Below, in pieces: positions 41,199-51,104 of a DNA stretch of 64,000 nucleotides. Positions within the stretch are counted from its first letter, which is position 1. The number at the start of each line of letters is the position of its first letter. The notes under the pieces were generated by a model, which worked only from the letters and a program-made list of their open reading frames with translations, was not told where the DNA came from and made no database searches. A program made the position numbers and the translations under genes. This stretch comes from Candidatus Eiseniibacteriota bacterium (GTDB lineage: Bacteria; Eisenbacteria; RBG-16-71-46; CAVPCR01). The DNA lies in contig CAVPCR010000004.1 of NCBI GenBank assembly GCA_963702435.1, positions 64,001-128,000 on the forward strand. The letters run 5' to 3'.

Positions 41199-43463
41199 AT
41201 GATGCAGAACAGCGAGACACGGGAGATGATATCGGGGCCGGGCGACGGCGGCGGCGCACAGCTCGAGCTGGGATCCTCCCCGGTTCCCGCCGTGCGCATC
41301 GATCCCGGGCCCGAGAACATCCTCTATCTCACCTTCGACGATCCCGATCGCCGGGTGAATCTGTTCACGGGCGCCGTGCTCGCTCGCCTCGACCAGATGC
41401 TGGATGAGCTGGCGCGCGCTTCCGAGGCGAGTGCAGTCATCGTGCGCAGCGTGAAGCCCGATTGCTTCCTGGCCGGGGCCGACCTCGAGGCGACGGCGCG
41501 CATCCGCACCAAGGCCGAGGGCATCGCCGCGGCGCGACTCGGGCAGCGCGTGTTCTCCAAGGTCGAAACGCTCCGTCTCCCGGTGATCGCTGCGATCGAC
41601 GGCGCCTGCCTCGGCGGCGGCGCCGAGTTCGCGCTCGCCTGCCACTTCCGCCTGTTCAGCGACCGGCGCTCGACCCGCTTCGGCTTTCCCGAGGTGCGGC
41701 TCGGCCTCCTCCCGGCGTGGGGCGGCACGCAGCGGCTGCCGCAGCTCGTCGGGCTCCGGCGCGCGATCGGGCTCATCCTGTCCGGGCGTCCGATCGACGG
41801 CGAGCAGGCGCTCCGCATGGGCCTCGCCGACGAGGTGTATCCGGCCGAGCTCTTCGCCGACCAGGTCCTCGCCTTCACCCGCCGGGTGGTCGCGGCGCAG
41901 CGCGGCCCGCGGCGCGCGGAGCCGAAGCTCGGCGGCTGGGAGAGGCTCCTCGAGCGGACGCGCGTGGGGCGGGCCGCGCTCTTCGCACGCGCGCACGAGG
42001 ACCTCTATGCGCGCACGCGCGGCCTCTATCCGGCCCCGCCGATGGCGCTCAATGCGATCCGGATCGGCGTCGAGCGCGGCCGCCGCGCCGGCTACGCGGT
42101 CGAGGCGCGGAGCGCGGGAGAGCTCCTCGTGTCGCCGGCGACGCGCCACATGATCGCGGTCCACTTCCTGAAGGAGGCGGCGGCCAAGGCGGCGGGAGTC
42201 GCCGATCTCGCCGGCGGGGCGCCGCGCGTCCTCGACGTGGGCGTGATCGGCGCCGGCGTCATGGGCGGCGGCATCGCGCACGCGGCGACCAGGGCCGAGA
42301 TCCAGGTGCGGCTTCGCGACGTCAAACACGAGGCGATCGCGCACGCGCTGGCCGAGGCGCGCTCTCTCTACCACCGCGAGGTCGAGCACGGCCAGATGAC
42401 ACCGGCCGAGGTCGAGCGCCACCTGGGGCTCATCGCCACCACCCTCGAGATGAAGGGATTTCGCCGCGCCGATCTGGTGATCGAGGCGGTCAGCGAGGAT
42501 CAGGCCCTCAAGATGCAGGTCCTCCGCGAGATCGAGGCCGAGGTGCGCGAGGACGCGATCATCGCCTCGAACACGTCATCCCTGTCGATCACGGATCTGG
42601 CGGCCGCCCTGTGGCGCCCGTCGCGGGCGATCGGGCTCCACTTCTTCCATCCGGTGGATCGGATGACGCTCGTCGAGGTGGTGCGCGGAGCGCAGACCGA
42701 GGACTGGGTGGTGGCTTCCGCCTTCGATTTCGTGCAACGGCTCGGCAAAACGCCGCTCCTCGTCGCCGACCGCCCGGGCTTCCTCGTCAACCGCCTCCTT
42801 ACCCCGTACCTGAACGAGGCCTGCCTCCTGCTGGAGGAAGGGTTCACGATCGACGTCGTCGATCGCGCCATGCGGAACTTCGGCATGCCGCTCGGTCCGC
42901 TCGAGCTCCTCGACGAGATCGGGCTCGACGTCGCGCTCGGCGCCGCCGAGCGCCTGCAGAAGGCCTATGGCACGCCCTTCTCCCCGCTCCTCGCGGCGCT
43001 CGTCGGCAGGGGGCGCCTCGGGCGCAAGAGCGGCCTCGGGTTCTACCGCACGACGGGCAGCGAGCGGCGCGTGGATCCCGAGGTGCAGGCGATCATCGAG
43101 TCGCTCCCGGCCGCCGGCGTTCCCGCGGGTGCGGGGGCGGCGGCAGCGGCGGCAGCGGCGGCCGCGCCCGAGCTCGCCGCGAATCTCCAGGAGCGGCTCA
43201 TGCTCCCCATGATCAACGAGGCGGCACGCTGCCTGGAGGAAGGAGTCGTGGCCGCGCCGGCCGCGGTGGACCTGGGCCTCGTGCTCGGCATCGGGTTCCC
43301 GTCCTTCCGCGGTGGGATCCTCCGTCACGCCGACGCGCTCGACGTGAAGACCGTGGTCGAGCGCATGTCGCTCTTCGCAGCCGAAGGCCAGCGCCGCTTC
43401 GAGCCGGCGCCGCTCCTGATCGAGATGGCGCGCGCCGGGCGCACCTTCTTCCCCGCCCCGTAG
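41199..43463 (+). CDS. Fatty-acid oxidation multifunctional subunit (enoyl-CoA hydratase / 3-hydroxyacyl-CoA dehydrogenase), FadJ/FadB-like
   Basis: GGGAEFALAC, FPEVRLG, GAGVMGGGIA, ASNTSSL, GLHFF, GFLVNR. Confidence 0.92.
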   Translation: MMQNSETREMISGPGDGGGAQLELGSSPVPAVRIDPGPENILYLTFDDPDRRVNLFTGAVLARLDQMLDELARASEASAVIVRSVKPDCFLAGADLEATARIRTKAEGIAAARLGQRVFSKVETLRLPVIAAIDGACLGGGAEFALACHFRLFSDRRSTRFGFPEVRLGLLPAWGGTQRLPQLVGLRRAIGLILSGRPIDGEQALRMGLADEVYPAELFADQVLAFTRRVVAAQRGPRRAEPKLGGWERLLERTRVGRAALFARAHEDLYARTRGLYPAPPMALNAIRIGVERGRRAGYAVEARSAGELLVSPATRHMIAVHFLKEAAAKAAGVADLAGGAPRVLDVGVIGAGVMGGGIAHAATRAEIQVRLRDVKHEAIAHALAEARSLYHREVEHGQMTPAEVERHLGLIATTLEMKGFRRADLVIEAVSEDQALKMQVLREIEAEVREDAIIASNTSSLSITDLAAALWRPSRAIGLHFFHPVDRMTLVEVVRGAQTEDWVVASAFDFVQRLGKTPLLVADRPGFLVNRLLTPYLNEACLLLEEGFTIDVVDRAMRNFGMPLGPLELLDEIGLDVALGAAERLQKAYGTPFSPLLAALVGRGRLGRKSGLGFYRTTGSERRVDPEVQAIIESLPAAGVPAGAGAAAAAAAAAAPELAANLQERLMLPMINEAARCLEEGVVAAPAAVDLGLVLGIGFPSFRGGILRHADALDVKTVVERMSLFAAEGQRRFEPAPLLIEMARAGRTFFPAP

Positions 43464-43484
43464 AACGGGGCCGGGAGGCTCCGG

Positions 43485-44393
43485 TCACCGCGGCTCGGAG
43501 TCGAGAGCCTCCTTGGCCGCGGCGAGCTCGGCGCGCTGCGCGTCATCGAGCTGCGGATAGGCGAGGCCGAGCGCATCCAGGGCCTCGATCACGGCGGCGG
43601 CGACCACGACGCGGGTGAACCACTTGTTGTCGGCCGGAATGACATACCACGGCGAGTCCGGTGCCGCGGTGTGGCGGATCATGTCCTCGTACGCCGCCAT
43701 GTATTCGTCCCAGCGGCCCCGTTCCCGGGCGTCGCCGGTGGAGAACTTCCAGTTCTTGTCCGGGTCCTCGATCCGCGCGAGGAAGCGTCGTCTCTGCTCC
43801 TCCTTCGACACGTGCAGGAAGAACTTGCGGACCACGATGCCGTTCCGGGTCAGGTAGCGTTCGATCGCCCGGATGTCCTCGAAGCGCTCCTGCCAGATGC
43901 GATCGGTGACGAGCGCCGGCGGGAGCTTCTGCCGCTGGAGGAACTCGGGGTGCACGCGCACGACGAGCGTTTCCTCGTAGTAGCTGCGATTGAAGATGCC
44001 GATGCGGCCGCGCTCGGGCAGCGACTTGAGGCAGCGCCAGAGGTAGTCGTGGTCGATCTCCTCGCTGGACGGCGCCTTGAACGAGAACACCTGGCAGCCC
44101 TGCGGGTTGACGCCCGACATCACGTGCTTGATGGCGCCGTCCTTGCCGGCGGCGTCCATGGCCTGGAAGATGAGGAGCAGCGCCCAGCGGTCCTGCGCGT
44201 AGAGCTTGTCTTGTAGTTCGGCGAGCGCCTCGATGCCGGCGGCGAGCGCTTCCTTGGCCCGCGGCTTGTCCTCGTCGGTGAAGTCGAGCGTATCTCCGGG
44301 GTCCACGTCGGCGAGGCGGAAGTCCTTCCCGTTCGTGACGCAGAAGCGGCTCGCCAGGCGCGCGGCTTTCTCATGCAAGTCGTTTCTGCTCAT
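43485..44393 (-). CDS. ppk2: Polyphosphate kinase 2 family (class III-like)
   Basis: QAMDAAGKDGAIK, FKAPSSEE, HDYLWR, IFNRSYYE, IPADNKW. Confidence 0.92.
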   Translation of the reverse strand: MSRNDLHEKAARLASRFCVTNGKDFRLADVDPGDTLDFTDEDKPRAKEALAAGIEALAELQDKLYAQDRWALLLIFQAMDAAGKDGAIKHVMSGVNPQGCQVFSFKAPSSEEIDHDYLWRCLKSLPERGRIGIFNRSYYEETLVVRVHPEFLQRQKLPPALVTDRIWQERFEDIRAIERYLTRNGIVVRKFFLHVSKEEQRRRFLARIEDPDKNWKFSTGDARERGRWDEYMAAYEDMIRHTAAPDSPWYVIPADNKWFTRVVVAAAVIEALDALGLAYPQLDDAQRAELAAAKEALDSEPR

Positions 44394-44527
44394 GGCTTGC
44401 TCATGGCTCCATCTCCGGGTCTACCTCGACGGCCGGGCTCGTTGTAGTATACACGCTGCCGCTGATGATCGAGCCCGGCCGCGCTGCGTGGCCGCGCGGT
44501 GGGCCGCGCGGAAGAGGGAGGGGAGCG

Positions 44528-46174
44528 ATGGAACGGAAGGTGGAGAGCGGGGTGGTGGGATTCGCACGCGGTTTCTTCCACGGGATGATCAGGGAGGACC
44601 TGATCATCCCCTATCCGGAGCTCGATCCCGGCGAGTCCGAGGAGCTCGATCTGGTCCTGACCGCGTTCCGGCGCTTTGCGGAGGACAAGATCGACCCGGT
44701 CGCGATCGATGCAGCGTCGAAGCTCCCGCCCGACGTGATCCGCGGTCTCGCCGACATGGGCGTGCTCGGGCTCACGGTGCCCGAGGAGCACGGCGGCCTC
44801 GGCATGTCGGTGACGGCCTACTGCCGCTTCATGGAGACGGTGGCCGGACACTGCGGCGCCACCGCCACCCTCATCGGCGGACACCAGTCGCTCGGCTCGA
44901 AGGCGATCATCCTCTTCGGGAGCGAGGAGCTCAAGGCGCGCTACCTGCCGCGGCTCGCCACCGGCGAGCTGATCGCGGCCTTCTCGCTCAGCGAGTCGGG
45001 GGCCGGCTCGGACGCGGGCGCACTCCGCACGGTCGCCGCGTGGGACGAGAAGGAAGGCGTTTACGTCCTGAACGGCACCAAGCAGTGGTGCACCAACGGC
45101 GGCCTGTGCGATGTCGTCGTCACCTTCGCGCGCACGCCCGATCTCGGCCCCGTGAAGAAGGGGCGCGACATCACGGCGTTCGTCGTCGAGATGGACACGC
45201 CCGGGCTCACGCGCGGCCGCGAGGAGCACAAGATGGGGCTCCGCGGCTCGTCGACGATCGAGCTCGGCCTCCAGAACGTGAAGGTGCCGGCGGCGAACGT
45301 GCTGGGGAAGAAGGGCGAGGGGCTCAAGCTCGCGCTCACCGTGCTCGATACCGGCCGGCTCTCCCTCGGCGCCTGCTGCGTCGGCGCGGCGAAGCGGATG
45401 CTCTCGGCGGCGGCCGGCCACGCCCGGGAGCGCCAGCAGTTCGATACGTATCTCAAGGACTTCGAGCTGATCCAGGAGAAGCTCGCCGACATGGCGGCCA
45501 CGATCCACGCCATGGAGAGCGTGACCTACCTGACCGCGGGGCTCGCCGACCGCGGCGACTCGGACTACGCGATCGAGTCGGCGATCACCAAGACCTTCTG
45601 CTCGGAGGGGCTGTGGAAGGTGGTGAACCACGCCGTGCAGGTGAACGGCGGCAACGGATTCATCACCGAGTATCCCTACGAGCGCTTCCTGCGCGACAGC
45701 CGCGTCAACATGATCTTCGAGGGGACGAACGAGATCCAGCGGCTGTTCATCGCCGGGACCGGGCTCAAGGCCGCGGCGGCGGCGGCGGGCGGTGCGGCGG
45801 CGGCGGCGCGCTTCACGCGGGTGCCGGCCGCGCTCGCGGCCGAGGCGGCGATGGTGGAGACGGGCGTCAAGGAGCTGGCGGCCGCGGCTGCAGCGGCCGT
45901 CGCACGGCACGGCGCGAAGCTCGCCGAGCGCGAGCTCATCCTGGCCCGGCTCGCCGATTGCGCGATCGATCTCTACGCGACGAGCGCCTGCCTCGCGCGC
46001 GCAACGGCGGCGACGGCCGCGCGCGGGCCGGAGGGGGCTGCCGGCGAGATCGACATGACGCGCCTCTTCGCAGCGGCGGCGGGGCGGCGCCTCGAGCTCG
46101 CGCTCCGCGCCTGCGAGTCGAACGAGGACGACGTCGTGCGCCGCGTCTCCGAGCGCGCGTGCGCCGTGTCATGA
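44528..46174 (+). CDS. Acyl-CoA dehydrogenase (VLCAD-like, C-terminal extension)
   Basis: FSLSESGAGSD, NGTKQW, KMGLRGS, RQQF, GGNGF, IFEGTNEI. Confidence 0.92.
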   Translation: MERKVESGVVGFARGFFHGMIREDLIIPYPELDPGESEELDLVLTAFRRFAEDKIDPVAIDAASKLPPDVIRGLADMGVLGLTVPEEHGGLGMSVTAYCRFMETVAGHCGATATLIGGHQSLGSKAIILFGSEELKARYLPRLATGELIAAFSLSESGAGSDAGALRTVAAWDEKEGVYVLNGTKQWCTNGGLCDVVVTFARTPDLGPVKKGRDITAFVVEMDTPGLTRGREEHKMGLRGSSTIELGLQNVKVPAANVLGKKGEGLKLALTVLDTGRLSLGACCVGAAKRMLSAAAGHARERQQFDTYLKDFELIQEKLADMAATIHAMESVTYLTAGLADRGDSDYAIESAITKTFCSEGLWKVVNHAVQVNGGNGFITEYPYERFLRDSRVNMIFEGTNEIQRLFIAGTGLKAAAAAAGGAAAAARFTRVPAALAAEAAMVETGVKELAAAAAAAVARHGAKLAERELILARLADCAIDLYATSACLARATAATAARGPEGAAGEIDMTRLFAAAAGRRLELALRACESNEDDVVRRVSERACAVS

Positions 46175-47364
46175 ACGCCGCGACGAACAGGCCGGCGCCG
46201 GCGGAGCGGATCCGCGCCGCGATCGCCGCCCGCGGGCCGGAGCTCGCGGCCGTCGCGCGGCGCATCCACGAGCATCCGGAGCTCCGTTTCGAGGAGGTCC
46301 AGGCGGCGGAATGGCTCGCCGGGGCAGCCGGATCGTCGGGGGGCGTGGTCGAGCGCGGGATTGGAGGGTTGCCGACTGCGTTCCGCGCGCGCACGGGGCG
46401 GGCCGGCGGCCCGCGCATCGCGATTCTCGCCGAGTACGACGCGCTTCCCGAGATCGGGCATGCCTGCGGGCACAACCTGATCGCGGGCGGAGCGCTCGGC
46501 GCCTTCCTCGGGCTGGCCGCGGTGGCCGACGATCTCCCCGGCGAGGTCGTCCTCCTGGGGACGCCGGGCGAGGAGGGGGGCGGCGGCAAGGTGAAGCTCC
46601 TCGCCGCCGGCGCCTTCGCGGAGATCGATGCGGCCATCATGTTCCATCCCCTGGACCGGGATCTCCTCGCGCACGGCGCGCTCGCGAGCGAGTGGGTCAC
46701 CTTCCGGTTCACCGGGCGGCCGTCGCACGCGGCGGCCGCGCCATGGGACGGGAACTCGGCGCTCTCGGGCGTGATCCAGACCTTCCAGCTCATCGACAGC
46801 CAGCGCGTGCACTTGAAGGACGGCACGCGCGTGCACGGCTTCATCACGAACGGCGGGCAGGCGGTGAACATCATCCCGGAGCGCGCGGCCTGCCAGTTCA
46901 GCGTGCGCGCGACCACCGACGCCTACCTCGCCCGCGTGCTCGAGATCGTGACCGACTGCGCGCGGGCGGCGGCGCTCGCCACGCGCACCGAGGTCGCGAT
47001 CGAGCGCCAGAAGGGCTACCGCGATCTCCGGAACAACATGATCCTGGCCCGCGTCTTCGGCCGGCATCTCGCCGCTCTCGGGCGGACCGCGGCCGAGGCG
47101 GACACCGAGCTCGGGCAGGGCTCGACCGACATGGGCGACGTGTCGCACGTGGTTCCGGCGATCCACCCGTACGTGGCCGTCTGCGATCGCGGTGCGGCCA
47201 TGTGCCACCAGGAGGACTTCGTGCGGGTCGCCGCCGCGGACCGCGGCATCGCGGCCATGCTCGATGCGGCAGAGGCGCTCGCGCTCACCGCCGAGGAGTT
47301 CCTCCGCGATGCGGCGCTGCGCACCGCGGTGCGGAGCGAGTTCGAGACGGGCCGCCCGGCCTGA
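46171..47364 (+). CDS. M20 family amidohydrolase
   Basis: HEHPELRFEE, EYDALP, HACGHN, GTPGEEGGGGK, GSTDMG. ATG overlaps the upstream stop codon. Confidence 0.9.
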   Translation: MNAATNRPAPAERIRAAIAARGPELAAVARRIHEHPELRFEEVQAAEWLAGAAGSSGGVVERGIGGLPTAFRARTGRAGGPRIAILAEYDALPEIGHACGHNLIAGGALGAFLGLAAVADDLPGEVVLLGTPGEEGGGGKVKLLAAGAFAEIDAAIMFHPLDRDLLAHGALASEWVTFRFTGRPSHAAAAPWDGNSALSGVIQTFQLIDSQRVHLKDGTRVHGFITNGGQAVNIIPERAACQFSVRATTDAYLARVLEIVTDCARAAALATRTEVAIERQKGYRDLRNNMILARVFGRHLAALGRTAAEADTELGQGSTDMGDVSHVVPAIHPYVAVCDRGAAMCHQEDFVRVAAADRGIAAMLDAAEALALTAEEFLRDAALRTAVRSEFETGRPA

Positions 47365-47398
47365 CGCGATCCCGCGGGACGCCCTTCGCCGTTCGCGA

Positions 47399-50300
47399 TC
47401 ACGGCGCAACGAGCCACTTCGCGACCGCGGTGCGCCCCCCGGCCGTGAGCCGGAGGAAGTAGGCGCCGCGCGGCAGCCCGCGCGTGTTCCAGGTGAGCGC
47501 ATGCCGGCCGCGCGGGAGCGGGCGGCGGTCGAGGAGGCGCGCGACGAGCCGCCCGGTCGGCGCGAACGCGGCGAGGGAGACGGGCGCCGACGCGGGCAGC
47601 GCGAGCTCGATCACGGCCGTGTCATCGCCGCGCGAGTGCACGCTCATGATGGGCGCCGCGCCACGCACGGAATCGGAGGAGACACCGATCGCCGTCTCGA
47701 GGCGAAGGTCGTCGGCCACGATCTCCACTTCCGCCGTGGCGCCCGGTCCCGCCGCCCGCGCCGAGGCAGCGATCGAGAGCCGGAAGCGGATCGATGTGGC
47801 GCCGGGCGGGGGGACGGAGATCGGGACGATCTCCGCGCACTGCTCCTCGGCCGCCCCGGTCTCGGTCCGCGTCACGTCGAAGGTCAGCAGATCCTCGGCC
47901 AGGACTTCGTGGCCCGACGCCGCCTGGTAGGAAGCGGTCAACGTGGCGCGCGCGGCGGCCCGCGCCGGGCGCCCCGGCGCCGCGCCCGCGATCACGGTGC
48001 CGCGGAGCGCGACGTGCAGCGCGCGCACGGCGCCGGGATCGGCGAGCGGCAGCAACTCCGACACGGCCACGACGAGGACGCCCGCATGCGCGGGCCAGGG
48101 GGGATCGGGATCCGGCGCGGGCGCGGGACCAGGCCCCGGAGCGAGACCGCCGGCGCGTGCGTGCGCGAAGAGGGAGGCCCGGCCTGCGAGCGGCGCGCCG
48201 AGTGGCGGGTCGCCGATCCCGTGCGCTGCGCTCGCGTCGCCGCGCCGCACCTCCTCATCGGCCTCGAGTCGCCATGGTGTCGCCACCTCGAAATCCCCGC
48301 CGGCGAGCACTCCGTCCCAGGCGAGCGTGAAGTCGGCCGGGCTCGCGCCCGCCGGGAAGCCGCCACCGGTCACCCGGATGCGGCAGGGGCGGCCGGCGGG
48401 CAGCCAGCCCGGGATCGCCCAGGCGAACTCGCCCGTGTTCGGGATGCCTGCGGCTACCGCGGTCGGAAAGGACGCGCCCCCATCGGTCGAGAGGGCGAGG
48501 TCGACCAGCTCGCGGCAGGGCGCCAGGAAGCGCACGATCGCCGTGGTCCCGCGCATCCAGCTCTCGCCGCCGGTGGGAGCGAGGACGGTCGTCGCCGGCG
48601 GTCCGGCGCGGAGCCAGCACGGTCCTCCCTCCACGGTGCGGGCGTCTCCTTCGACGTCGGTCACGGTGAGGGCCAGCAGGCAGGCGCGGTCGGACGTGAC
48701 TGGGGGCGGGAGCCACGAGACGCTCCGCTCCGTGCCGCCGAGGGCGGCGATCTCCACCCAGCTCGCGCCGCCATCCGTCGAGTAGCGGAGGCGCTGTGCA
48801 GCGATGCCCTGATCGCTCTTCTCGTCGGCGGCCTGCCACGTCACGAGCTGCGGACAGGCGTGGATATCGGCGCCGGGCCCAGGCGCGGTGATCGCCGCGA
48901 ACGGCGGATGCCGGTAGCGGGGCTCGAGGCGGAGGCCGGAGAAGGCGACCCGGTCGAAGCGGACCTCCGCCGTGCCGTCGGCGACGAGGCCGCGCGCCTC
49001 GTCGCCCGCCCCGGGCGTGGCCACCGAAGCGAGGACGAGCGTCCCATCGAACCAGACATCGTGGAAGAGGCCGCCGGCGTCCGCGGCGAGGGTAAGCACC
49101 TCGAGGCGATGCGTGACCGCGCCCGGATCGGCGATTGCCGCCCGTGCGACCAGGCTGTCGGCGGCGGTGCGCCGGACGCGGACCTCGAGCGCGTGCCCCG
49201 CACCGCTCCGCGCGAGGAGGATGCGCACCTGACCGTTCCCCTCGCCGGCCGTCGCCGCACCGGCGACGACGAGCCCGGCGGTCGACGCTGCGGCGAGCGG
49301 CGCGCGGAGCGTCAGGTCGGCGGCGAAGCGGGCGGCCCGCCCGTTCCAGGCGGCGAAGGGGAGCGTGTACCAGTCGGGCGGCCAGGCGCACGTGATGTAG
49401 GCGCGGTTCGTGGCGCGGAGCGCTCCATCGCCGCGCCCGATGAATCCGCTGTCGCCGAGCGACCAGCTGCCGGTCCCGAGCGTCCATGCGGCGAGGCTCC
49501 CCGGCGCTCCCGCCGTCATGCCGGTGAACGTGTCGAGGAAGAGGGCGAAGGGCGTCCATCCCGGCTCGGCGGCGAGATAGGGCCGCGCATGCGGATCGCC
49601 GGGGCTCGAGTAGGGCCGCGTCCGGGTCAGGGCGGCCGCTCGGCCGAAGCGATCCTCGGGGTTGTGCGCCGGGCCGTGCGGCGCGTAGTTCCCGACGTCG
49701 TGCCAGAGCCCGCCGCCCACCGAGGGCACGCGCCGCGTGCCGAAGCGGAGATCGGCCACGAGCCACGCGCGCTCGGGATGGGCTCGCGTATCGATCGTCG
49801 CGGGCGCGGGGATCACCTCGATCGCGAGATCGGACCAGTGGACGGTCGGGCCGGCGGCGAGCGCGACCTCCTCGTCCGCGCGCTCGAAGCAGCCGAGCGG
49901 GTCGCCCTCGCTCACCTCGGCGAAGCGTCCCGGTGTCGGATAGAACGCATGCGAAGCCTCGCCCTCGCCGGTGCCGCCGATGCAGCCGGTGAGCCGCCCG
50001 TGGCCGCCGACGAACGCCGTGGGATGCGTCTCCTCGACGAGGACGCAATGATCGCCGAGCGGCATCCCGGGCGGGCGCACGATGTGCACCTGGTGCGCGA
50101 AGTACTCGACATCGAGGACCGTCGCCGACTCCGGATCGTCGCTCGAGGCGAGGACGTTCATTCCTTCCCAGTCGCCCTCGTGGTTGTTGATCCAGTCGTT
50201 GAACGGGAAGAAGAACCAGTACTGGACGAGGACGGCGCCCGGCGGCCCGCCGAAGCCGGCATCGGCGGCGCGGCGGAGATGCGCGTAGGCGGTGGGCGGG

Positions 50301-50845
50301 AAGTCGAAACCCGGACGGGACCAGGCGTTGCCAGCCTCCCACACCGCGTACCACTCGGCCGGCGTGTCCACCGCCGGGTTCCCGTACTCCCAGTGGAAGC
50401 GGAGCGTGTAGGGACCGAAGGGCATCGCGGGGGGCGCGAGCGAGCGGAGAGCCGGATCGTCGGTCAGTGCCGAGTAATCGTGCGCCGGGCTGGCTTCGGC
50501 GAGCGGCGGCGACCAGCCCTGGGCCTTGACCCAGTGATCGCCGTAGGGATAGTCGAGCGGCTGCTGACTCCAGACGACGAAGAGGCGATCGGCGGGAAGT
50601 CCGGCGCCCGGCTCCGCGTCACGGAGCCCCATGATCTCGACCGGCACCGGATAGACGGGCACATGGATGCCGTTCAGCTCGGTGTCGGGGCCGTGGAGGG
50701 CGAGCGTGGGCGCGAAGCGGCGCGCGAGCGGGAGCTCGCGCTCGTCCGCGATGCCGTTCTGATCGGCATCGGTGGCGCGGGCCGCGGCGGCGACCAGGGT
50801 GAGCGCCGCCACGGCGGCGATGCATGCGGTCGGCAGATGAGCCAT
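47399..50845 (-). CDS. Large secreted multidomain protein (Vps62/NPP1-like N-terminal motif, C-terminal sorting-type domain)
   Basis: Signal peptide MAHLPTACIAAVAALTLVAAAARA; QYWFFFPFN...HEGDWE; YSTDGGASW boxes; C-terminal TGRLVA...GAYFLRL. Confidence 0.65.
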   Translation of the reverse strand: MAHLPTACIAAVAALTLVAAAARATDADQNGIADERELPLARRFAPTLALHGPDTELNGIHVPVYPVPVEIMGLRDAEPGAGLPADRLFVVWSQQPLDYPYGDHWVKAQGWSPPLAEASPAHDYSALTDDPALRSLAPPAMPFGPYTLRFHWEYGNPAVDTPAEWYAVWEAGNAWSRPGFDFPPTAYAHLRRAADAGFGGPPGAVLVQYWFFFPFNDWINNHEGDWEGMNVLASSDDPESATVLDVEYFAHQVHIVRPPGMPLGDHCVLVEETHPTAFVGGHGRLTGCIGGTGEGEASHAFYPTPGRFAEVSEGDPLGCFERADEEVALAAGPTVHWSDLAIEVIPAPATIDTRAHPERAWLVADLRFGTRRVPSVGGGLWHDVGNYAPHGPAHNPEDRFGRAAALTRTRPYSSPGDPHARPYLAAEPGWTPFALFLDTFTGMTAGAPGSLAAWTLGTGSWSLGDSGFIGRGDGALRATNRAYITCAWPPDWYTLPFAAWNGRAARFAADLTLRAPLAAASTAGLVVAGAATAGEGNGQVRILLARSGAGHALEVRVRRTAADSLVARAAIADPGAVTHRLEVLTLAADAGGLFHDVWFDGTLVLASVATPGAGDEARGLVADGTAEVRFDRVAFSGLRLEPRYRHPPFAAITAPGPGADIHACPQLVTWQAADEKSDQGIAAQRLRYSTDGGASWVEIAALGGTERSVSWLPPPVTSDRACLLALTVTDVEGDARTVEGGPCWLRAGPPATTVLAPTGGESWMRGTTAIVRFLAPCRELVDLALSTDGGASFPTAVAAGIPNTGEFAWAIPGWLPAGRPCRIRVTGGGFPAGASPADFTLAWDGVLAGGDFEVATPWRLEADEEVRRGDASAAHGIGDPPLGAPLAGRASLFAHARAGGLAPGPGPAPAPDPDPPWPAHAGVLVVAVSELLPLADPGAVRALHVALRGTVIAGAAPGRPARAAARATLTASYQAASGHEVLAEDLLTFDVTRTETGAAEEQCAEIVPISVPPPGATSIRFRLSIAASARAAGPGATAEVEIVADDLRLETAIGVSSDSVRGAAPIMSVHSRGDDTAVIELALPASAPVSLAAFAPTGRLVARLLDRRPLPRGRHALTWNTRGLPRGAYFLRLTAGGRTAVAKWLVAP

Positions 50846-51104
50846 GCCCGCGCCGTCTGGCAAGCGGCATGCCGGAAGGGGAAGCCCGCGCGCAGTCGTC
50901 AAGCGCAGGGCGCATCGCGTGCCGCGCGCCGTGCGGCTCGACCACCACGTGCACGCATCCGACCATCGCGTTGACAGGTGCCGCCGCCGGGCGCCGGGCG
51001 CCGGACCCTCGCCGCGAGCGCCCGGAGTCGCTATGATGCGCCGATCCGCGACCTGCGGAGCGCGGCAGATTGCCTCAGGATGCCGAGGATGGGAGGAATA
51101 TCCG

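Noticed and set aside
44206..47364. 1052-aa ORF as a fusion protein
   Set aside because: The N-terminal part is an off-frame overlap with ppk2 and the acyl-CoA dehydrogenase. Only 46171-47364 (M20 amidohydrolase) is protein-like.
47192..50974. 1260-aa plus-strand ORF
   Set aside because: Arg/Gly/Ala-rich antisense shadow of the minus-strand secreted protein, typical of high-GC DNA with few stop codons.
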